Below, in pieces: positions 53,540 to 64,000 of a DNA stretch of 64,000 nt (positions are counted from its first letter, which is position 1; every line of letters begins with the position of its first letter). The position numbers and the translations under genes were made by a program. Where the stretch lies: the NCBI RefSeq assembly GCF_009914755.1, contig NC_060926.1. One strand, given 5' to 3'. The notes under the pieces are model-generated. The model saw only the letters and a list, made by a program, of their open reading frames with translations. It did no database searches and had not been told where the DNA came from. This DNA is from the human T2T-CHM13v2.0 reference genome, Homo sapiens.

Positions 53540-55270
53540 AGTTGTGGTTTCTGCTGCTGTTTTTCTTTGCAGTTATTGGCTTTCATCTTATGCATCTTAT
53601 GCATCTTCAGCCTGAAAAACTTCTTTTCACATTTCCTGTGGTAGAAGTCTGCTGTACATCAATTCTCTAAACTATTGACTGAAAATATTTTCACTTGGCC
53701 TACATGTTTGAAGGATACTTTTTTCTATACACAGACTTGTAGGTTGACAAGTTTTTTTTTTCTCTCTCTCTTTAAAGCTCTCATTTGATAATCTTTAACC
53801 TTCAGTTTTTCAGGTGAGAAGTCAGCCATATTTTGTCAATGTTACGTGGTCTATAATATGCCTTTATTTTTCCCTCTAGCTGCTTTCAAGAAATGTTCTT
53901 TCTCTTTGGTTTCAGCAGATTAACTAGGACATCCCAAGGTATACTTCCTCTCCCCCATTAGACTTAATTTCTTCAAATATTTCTTCTGCCCCATTCTCTA
54001 CCTCCTCTTATTTTGAGATTCAATTTGTGCATATTTTAGGGTATTTAATATTTCTCCACGTGCACTGAAGGCTGTATTGGTTTTTCACTCTTTTTTCGTA
54101 TATCAGTTTGTCTTCAGGTTTACTCATATTTTCTCATGCTGTTAGGCTCTTACTAAGCCTTCCAAGTGAGATTTTCATTTTTACATCTTATTTTTTCTAA
54201 TGTTTTGATATTGTTCTATTTTAAGCTTCTATCTGCAGAATATTTTAGTAAGTTCATTAATAGTTTTCACTTTTTATACTACATCCTTTAATATAGTTAT
54301 CTGATTTACTTTACAACCTTTTCTTATAATTAGAACATCTGTAACATTTCCTTTTCTCTTTTGACCATGGATCACATATTCTTGTTTCATGAAACGACTT
54401 GTAGTTTTTTGTTTTGTTTTTATTATTACTGTATACTATACATTGTGAGACAAGGAAATGTAGAGACTGAAGTAAATACTATTTTCCCCCACTGAAGGCA
54501 AATCTTTTCAGTAATGCTTCAACTCTGGAGTGCTGAGTCAATCCAGTCGGTAGTTAAGATGAATCTCTACTTAATTTAATTAGTTTGGATTAATTTCACT
54601 ATTAAATGCAAATATTCTAAATACAGAATCAGGAATTTTCTTTCATTAGATCTTAAAACGTAAGCATGAACAACATTCTGGAGACTTTTTTTTCAATTAC
54701 CCAACCCTCAACTTTCCCAAAAGAGGGAGGATTTTGCTCTGCTTTTCAACCCAACTGCTAGTTTTTTGGATTCCTACAAGATCTTTCTGCTTTTTAATTC
54801 TACCCATGACTTTCTGCACCTAAAGAAATTACTTTCTGTCTTGCTGCTTTACCTAAACTTGAAAGGTTTTTCCAGTTTAGTGGATAGGCCCAAGGTTTCT
54901 CAGAAATATTTTTCTGAGCTGCTCGGCCTTGAAACATTCTTAAGAAGGCTCTGGTTCTCGCTGGAAAAAAATCTTATTTGCTTCCGAACAGACTCTTTCA
55001 GCTTTCTTACTGTGCATCTAGTCTTCATCATGTTATATCATGCATGTGAAAAAGCACATGAGCAAAATTAGTCTGGTAAATATAAACTCTCATTTTTCTC
55101 CAAGATGAGACTTGTTGCTTATGGTAATTTAATTAGCTTAGGTTTTTTTTTTTGCAACCTCAGTCCTCTGATTCTTTTAAGTCTCTGACTTTGCAGATTA
55201 TCAGGCAAGTTTTTGTGGTTAGAATGAGAAGCATATGTTCATTTGATTTCCTTTATCTTAATTAGTGGTC
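53540..55270 (-). mobile_element. Ancient L1M ORF1/5' region
   Basis: tttcctgtggtagaagtctgctg...tgagaagtcagcc...gctgctttcaag is typical of antisense old-L1 ORF1. Confidence 0.55.
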
Positions 55271-58200
55271 AAAGTTTAGCCCCCTACATTTTTACTTCCC
55301 GTCTGGTTTATTTTATTTTGACTTATTTTTAGATAACAAACTTTTAAAAATTTCCTGATATTTCCTATTCTTGAACTATGTATTTGGTTTCCCTGTATTG
55401 AATCTCAACAATCCTTAGAGAATTTAGTTTCTATTTGCCTTTGCATCTTTGTATTTTTGGCATACTAGTACTGGCCCCCTGAGTACCTGCCCTGTTAGCT
55501 CCCAGTTCTCTTTGCTGGGAGAAGTTTTAATGGTTTCTCAGATCCATTAGCTTTTCATTTGGACACATCATATTTTTTATTTATGTGTGCTTAGTATTGA
55601 AACTTATCCTGAAGGTGAGTTCTAATACTGTTCTGAAAAAAAATTAGTATGGGTACATTAAATGTTCTTGAATGTTATTGCTTTGGGTTGTTAGCTCATA
55701 TATATTTTATTTGCTTATCAAATGGGATCAAAACTCTGATGCTTTTCCTTCTGGGTGAGTGATTTTAGTTAAACTGAGCATTTCCCATTTCAAAATAACA
55801 CCTCAAAATGCTACATTTACTTTTATTATTTTACTAGTAAATACTCGATTTTTTAGTGAGCTATAAAACAAGATTATAGTATTGTTTTTAAAGAACTAAA
55901 ATGCAGTGTCCATGTTACATTGAAAATTAAATCATGCAGAAAAATTACTAGCAAAATCATACTTACAATATGTTAAGGATGAAAGTTTTATATGACATGT
56001 TTTCCTAGTATAGCTAAAACTAAATATATGATTAAATTTCTGGAAAAGGTAAAATTTTGGATTCATATTTTAAATATATTTCAGTACTTTCATGATATGT
56101 GGAGAATTACAAAACTTTAAACACACAGAAACTACTCAACTTTAAAGTGTGTTTTATAATCCTGTATGTTATACTCTGTCATAATTAAAAGACAAATTTA
56201 GCTCAAGATTTATCTTTATCTAATCCCTCTTCCTTAGATAATTCTCCTACTTTACTGGATATTCATGGCTGCAATCATGAACTTTCTTAATCTGTATACT
56301 ATGAATTACAATGGTAGAAGTATGACAAATGTGTATTTTTTCTTCTGTTCACATGTACAATTGAAGAAGCCACGTATAACATTTATCAGGAGGTGAGTTT
56401 TTATAATTATTTTTATTTTTAACTGACACATAATAATTGTACATATTTATGGAGTACAATGTGATGGCGCCATACAGCTATACATTGTGTAATGATTAAA
56501 TAAAGGTAATTAGTATATCTATCACCTCAAAAATTTATTATTTCTTTGTAGTGGAAACATTCAAAATTCTCTCTTCTAGCTATTTTGATACATACAATCC
56601 CTATGTGTTGACTACAGTAATCCCACTGTTTCAACAGGACATAAAAACGTACTTTTCCTTTCTAATTGTAACAATATGCTGGTTGACCAACTTCTCTCCC
56701 TTTCCCCTGCTTGCTTTCCCCAGTCTCTGGTAACCACGGTTTTATTTACTATTACTGTGAAATCAACTTTTTAAGATTCCACATATAAGTAAGAACATAT
56801 TTGTCTTTCTGTGTCCAGCTTATTTCACTGAACAGAATAGCCCCCAGGTTTATCTGTGCTGTTGCAAAAGACAGAATTTCATGTTCATGGCTAAGTATCT
56901 CCCCATTGTGTATATATACCACATTTTCTTAATCATTTGTTAATTCATTTGTTGTTGGACACTTAGGTTTACTATATCCTTTGGTTATTGTGAATAGTGC
57001 AGCAATAAATATAGGAGTTCAGTTGTACTTTCAACATATTGACTTTATTTCCTTTGGATATATATCCGATGGTGGCATTGTTGTATGATAAAGTAGTTCT
57101 ATTTTTAATTTTTTGAGGAATCTCAATACTGTTTTTCATAACACCTGTCCTAATTTCCATTCTCACCAATAGTGTGTAAATGTTCCCTTTTCTCCACATC
57201 CTCACTAACACTTGGTACATTTGTCTTTTTGATAATAACCATTTTAACTGGAGTGAAGTGATATCTCATTGTGGTTTTGATTTGCATTTTTCTGATGATT
57301 AGTGATGTTGAGTATTTTTTTTCACATACCTCTTGCATTTCTATGCCTTCTTTTGATAAATGACTATGCCAGTTTTTTGATTGTATTTTAATTGGATAAT
57401 CATTTTGTTGCTATTGATTTGCTTAAGTTTCTTATATATTATGGATACTAATCCCTTGCTAAATGTGTAGTTTCTGAATATATTTTCCCATTCTGTAGGT
57501 TGTCTTTTCACTCTCTTGATTGCTTTTTTTTCCCTGTGCAGAAGCTTTTAAAATATGTTGTAATCCTATCTTTTCATTTTTGCATTTGTTGCCTCTGCTT
57601 TTGAATTCGTACTCAAAAAATCTTTGCCCAGTCCAACTTTAGAAAGCATTTACTTCTAGTAGTTTTATACTTTCAGTTTTTGCATTTACATCTTTAATTC
57701 ATCATAAGTTGATGTTGATGGTGAAAGGTAGGGGTCCAGTTTCATTCATCTGAATGTGAATATCCAATTTGTCTAGAATCAATTATTGAAGAAACTGTCC
57801 TGTTTTCAATTTGTTTTCTGGGCAACTTTGTTGAAAATAAGTTGTTTGTAGATGCTTGGATTATTTCCAGGTTCTCTCTTCTGTTCCATTGGTGTATGTG
57901 TTGTTTTGATGTCAGTGAAATGCTGTTTTGATTATTGTAGCTTTGTAGTATATTTTGAAGTCAGGTAGTGTGATGTCTCCCACTTTGTTTTTTGCTCAAG
58001 ATTGCTTAGGCTATGTGAGGTCTTCTGTGGTCCCAAATTTTAGGATTTTTTTTTTCTATTTCTATGAAGAATGTCATCAATACATTGATAGGATTGTATC
58101 AAATTTTTAGATTGCTTGGGTGATACAGATATTATAACAATATTAATTCTTTAAATCCATGAACACAAAATGTCTTTCCATTTATTTGTGTCTCCTTTAA

Positions 58201-59539
58201 TTTCTTTCATCAGTATTTTATAATTTTCAATTTGGAGATCTTTCACCTTCTTTGATAAATTCATTTCTAGGTATATTTTTGTGGCTATTGAAAATAGGAT
58301 TTTTTTCTTTGATTTCTTTTTCAAATAGCTTATATTAGCATATAAAAATGCTACTGATATTTCATATATTTACTTTGTGTTCTGATTCTTTACTAATTTT
58401 CTTGTTTGAACTAGAGTTTTTGGTGGAATCTTCAAGGTTTTGTATATATAAGGTCATGTTCTCTATAAGCAAGAACAATTTGATTTCTCCTTTTCAATTT
58501 TAATGCCTATCATTAACTTATCTTGCCTAATTGCTCTGGCTAGGACTTCTACTTCTATGATGAATACAAGTATGAAATTGGACATCCTTGTCTTTTTCTA
58601 AATCTTAGAGTAAAAGCATTAGATATTTCTCTATTTAGTAAAATGTTAGCTGTGGGTCTGTCATACATGGTCTTTATTGTGTTGGGGCACTTACCTTCTA
58701 TACCTAATATGTTGAGGGCTTTTATCATGAATGAATGTTGAATTTTATCAAATACTTTTTTTGTGTCTATTGAAGTGATTATTGTCTTTGTCCTTCTTCC
58801 TGTTAATGTAACATATAACATATCACATTTACTGAATTATATGTAAATCATCTTTGCATCCCTGAAGTGAATTCCACTTGACCACAGTGAATGATCTTTT
58901 TCATTTGCTATTAAATTCAATTTGCCAGCATTTTGTTGAAGAGATTTGCATCAATGACCACTAGGGATGCTGGACTATTGTTTTCATTTTTCATTACTTG
59001 TCTGGTTTTGGTATTAGAACAATGTTGACCTCATAGAATGAGTTTGTAAGTATTCCTTCTTCAATTTTCTGAAATGGTTTGAGAATATTTGGTTTATAAT
59101 AATTAGTTTTTCTTTAAGTGTTTAATAGAGTTTCGTAGTGAAATCAGGTCCTGAGTTTCTCTTGAATGGGTAATTTTTTATTACTGATTCAATTTCCTCA
59201 CTCATTATTGGACTGTTTCTATGTTCTGTTTCTTCATAGGCCTTTCTTGGTAGATTGTATGTGTCCAAGAACTTATTCATTTATTTTAGGGTCTCAAAAT
59301 TGTTGGCATATAATTGCTCATACTAGTCTCTCATGATCCTTTGTATTTCTGTGGTATCAGTTGCAATGTCTCTGTTTTCATTTCTAATTTTATTTATTTG
59401 AGTCATCTCTTTTTTTCTGTGTTCATCTAAAGTTTGGTTGACTGTTTATATTTTCAAAAAACTATATTTTTGTTTCCTGTAAATTTTTTTTCAGGCTCTG
59501 TTTCTGCTCTGATTTTTATGATTTCTTTTATTCTACTAA

Positions 59540-60194
<655 letters not shown>

Positions 60195-62062
60195 TTTTGT
60201 GGTCTAACATATTATATATCCTGGAGACTTTTTCATTTGCAATTGAGAATAATGTGTATTCTGCAGCTGTTATATGGAAGATTCTGTCAATGTTTGTTAC
60301 GCACACTTGTTCTAGAGAGCAGTTTAAGTATGATGTTTCTTTGTTAATTTTCTGTTTGTATAATCTTTCCATGGCTGAAAATGGGGTGTTGAAGTCTTCT
60401 ACTATTATTGTATTTTAGTTTATCCCTTTAAATCTCATAATATCTGCTTATATATTTGGGTGCTGCATTATTGGATGACTATATATTTACAATTGTTACA
60501 TCCGCTTAATGAATAATGACATTTTCTGTCTCTTTTTATAGTTTTTGACTTACATTTATCGGATTTAAATACAGATACTCCTGCTCTCTTTTGGTTGCTG
60601 TTTGCATGAAATATCTTATTCTATCCCTTCACATACAGTCCTTTTGTGTTCTTATATGTGAAGCCAATATCTCATAGGCAGCATATAGTTGAGTCTTGTT
60701 TTTATTTTCATTCAGCCACTCTATAATTGGAGAATTTAATCAATTTACATTTACATTCAATGTTATCATTGATAGGTAAGGACTTACTCCTGCCACTTTG
60801 TTGATAGTTTTCTGATTATTTTGTAAATTCTTTGTTCCTTCTTTAACTTCTCTCTCATTGATTACCTTTGTTGTTCTGTAGTTTTCTGATTCCTTTCTCT
60901 TTCTTATTTGTGTATCTGCCACAATTTTTTGTGTGATTTTCATGAGGTTAATATAAAACATATTATATCTATAATTAACTATTTGAAGCTGATAATTTAA
61001 CTTTGGTCACATAAAAGTACTCTAGAATTTTAATCTACCCTCTACACTAAAATTTATATTTTTGTTGTCTTAATTTACAGTTTCGTACAGTGTGTGTTTC
61101 TTAACTAATTGTAGCTCTAATGATCTTTGGCCATTTTGACTTTGAATCTTTTTACTAGAGGTTAGAAAGAATTATAAATAAGCAATACGGTGCTTGAGTG
61201 TTCTCAGTTTAATTTTGAATTTATCTCTCCTAGTGAATTTTATACTTTCATATGTCTTCACAAATAGTAATGGTTGTGATTATTTTCTTTTCATTTTCAG
61301 TTGTAGTACTACCATAAACATTTCTAGTAAAGTCAATCTAATGGTGGTAAATTTCTTCAGCTTTTGTTTGTCTGGTAAAGACTTTATTTCTTGTTCATTC
61401 TCTAAGAATACTTTTGCTGCTTATAATATTCTAGGCTAACAGTTTTCTGTTTTTCTTTTCTTCTCAATTTCTATTTTTTTTTTTTTTAGAATATATTATC
61501 TCATTGTCTCCCTGATTGCAAGTTTTCTGCTGAGAAATCAGCTGATAGTACCATGGGGATTTCCTTTATGTGACTAGATGTTTTTCTCTTACTACTTTAA
61601 AAATTCTCTCTGCATTTGCTCTTCAGCAGTTTGATTATACCGTGCCTATAAGAAGACATTTTTTCATTGAATTTAGTTGGTGACTTTTGAGCTTCCAAGA
61701 CCTGGATATTCATCTCTTTAAAAATTTGGGAAGACTTTAGCTATTATTTAGTTAAATATGTTTTCTGTGCTTTTTTCCATCTCTTCTCACCCTAGAAATT
61801 CCATAATTCAAAGTGTGTTTGCTTAATGGTAACCTTTAGGTATTCTTCATTCATTTTTATTATTTATTTCATTTCACTTCTGCTTGGGTTATTTCAAAAG
61901 ACCTATTTTCAATCTTAGAATTTTTTTTCTGTTTGATCAGGTTTATTGTTGATGCTTGTGATTGTGTTTTTATGTCATTTGTTATATTCTTCAGTTCCAG
62001 ATTTCTGTTTTTTTATTTTCTTTTTTTTCTATCTACCTCTTTGTTACTTTTGTCATTTACAT

Positions 62063-62351
62063 CTGGGTGCATTGGCTCTCACGCCTGTAATCCCAACACT
62101 TTGGGAGGCCAAGGTGGGTGGATCACCTGGGGTCAGGAGTTTGAGACCAGCCTGACCAACATGGTGAAACCCCGTCTCTACTAAAAATACAAAAATTAGC
62201 CTGGTGTGGTGGCACATGCCTGTAATCCTAGCTACTCGGGAGGCAGGAGAATCAATTGAACCTGGGAGGTGGAGCAGTGAGCCAAGATTGTGCCATTGCA
62301 TTTCAGCCTGGGTGACAAGAGGGAAACTCTGTTTCAAAAAAAAAAAAAAAA
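62063..62351 (+). mobile_element. AluS (Sp/Sq-like) with TSD
   Basis: Sense Alu with an A tail; TSD tcatttacat at 62053-62062 and 62355-62364. Confidence 0.92.
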
Positions 62352-64000
62352 GTCTCATTTACATAATGTATTCTTTTATTGAGTTCATTGAATTATTAAT
62401 CTATTTTATTGTGTGTCACTAAGTTTCCTTAAAATGATAATTTTAAATTACTTTAAAGATATTTTATAAATTTCCTTTTCTCTGGGGTCTCTTACTAGAT
62501 AATTATTGTGTTATTTTAAAGCTGCCATGTTTCCTTGTTTTTTCATGTTTCTTATGTCCCTACTTTGATATGTGCACATCTGGTGGAACAGTCACCCCTT
62601 TCAGTTTCATGGTTCTAAGATGTCAGTTGGGTAGAGTGTATCGGACTTGATTCTGGGTAGACACAGGGGTGTAGTATCTGAGCAGTTTATTCATCTGTAA
62701 TTTGGGTCAGTCATTACGGGAGTGCCTCAGTAGTCTAGTCTGTGGAAGTTTATTGTGGCAGTGATGTGGCTTTTCTAGGAGCTAGGCACTGGGTGCTACG
62801 TTGCTTTTCAGACTGTGTGGGCTCATGTGGTGTATTCACCAACTCAGGGTCAACCTTGCTGGGGGCACGGTCCTGAGCTAGTTCCAGGCAAGGAGTATGT
62901 GTCTGTTATGGATCAGCTAAGGAATGGCTTGCTTGGGACAAGGCCACTGGTCTCATTCTCAGGCCAAAGGTGCACAATAGCACATGGCAGTTCAGCTGAC
63001 TTGGAGTTGTTTTTCTCACTGTATAGGACTACCTGTTCCTTCGGGGGCAGTGTACCTCATGTGATTGGGCACCAGAGTCACAGCCATTCTGCTACGCCTC
63101 AGCTCTGAGTAGCTTGGGTGGTCTTGGTACTGTGGCAACATATATGAGCATGATGGAATGAGGACACAGCCTCAAGGATTAAGATAATCAGTGACTACAA
63201 ACCAATACAACAAAGGGCACTCTAGAGGTAACTCTGGTTTCACGATGATGCCATGGTGTAGTAGTTTAGATAACCAGGATTCGGAGGTACACAATGTAGG
63301 CTCCTATTCTGGATCAATGCATCCATGTGAACTCCAGGCAGCTCCACAAACTGGGTGCAGAACTTGTGAGGAGTCGGGGTTTCTCCTGTAGCAAGAACTG
63401 CAGGTATATGCAGTGGTAATGGGTCTGTGAGGGGCCTCCTGCTTACCTTTTTCCCAAAAGGGAATGTTTGTCTTAGTTCTGAGTCACTCTTGGCAAGAAA
63501 AATGGGGCGGCAGAGACAGGGTACTTTGTTTCCTCTCTCTTTGTTCTATGCTGGCATCCTTTGTCTCTGTGCTACACAGGGATTCTGCCAGTTGCTTGCT
63601 GTACTCCAGCACTCTTTTGCAGATATTCTGGACAAATTTTAGTTGCTTGTTTCTTGTTTTTGTTCTTATTTTGTGCCGAAGATGAGTGCCAGGCACCTTT
63701 CATCAGCCATCTAGCTGACCACAGGTAAAATTTTTATAATTAAGATACCCATGCCTGGCTTTCCTTGCATCTACCCAATTTGGGGTCCAATAAAATTCCT
63801 GGATCTGTTGGCTGCTGTTCTTAATGAATTCATAAAATTTTTCATTAAAATTTCCTTATGTATAGTTTCTATACCACTCTCCTTCTCTCTCTTTCTGAGA
63901 TTCCAATTACATTTTTTTTGTTAGCCTTCTTGACAATGTCCCATATTTTATTGAGGCTTTGTTCATTTATATATAAGGTAACATAATCAGCTTTGTTTTG

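Overview
AT-rich primate (very probably human) intergenic DNA, dominated by interspersed repeats: L1 of many ages, Alu, L2, MIR, L3/CR1, several LTRs, MADE1 and MER20. I find no intact protein-coding gene. The long ORFs in the track are L1 ORF1/ORF2, MaLR-internal or Alu read-throughs. The one host-gene-derived feature is missed by the ORF track: a minus-strand processed pseudogene of SMIM7 (about 7062-8788; CDS 8543-8770 with one in-frame stop). Its 3'UTR is interrupted by an ERV1-type LTR, and an AP-1-rich LTR8-like element lies about 0.7 kb upstream, so two LTRs point convergently at the retrocopy. From memory, an annotated SMIM7P1 lies in a 2p22 gene desert; this is unverified for this window. 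The rest of the interest is retrotransposition and repair history: three 5'-inverted (twin-primed) L1s, a triple L1 nest with a micro-inversion junction, an Alu with an adjacent ~340-bp local duplication, a 39-bp templated copy inside a (TA)n tract, and a possible old 3' transduction. I see no evidence for a new multi-gene system. Repeat subfamily names come from recalled consensus sequences, and the boundaries of old repeats are approximate.
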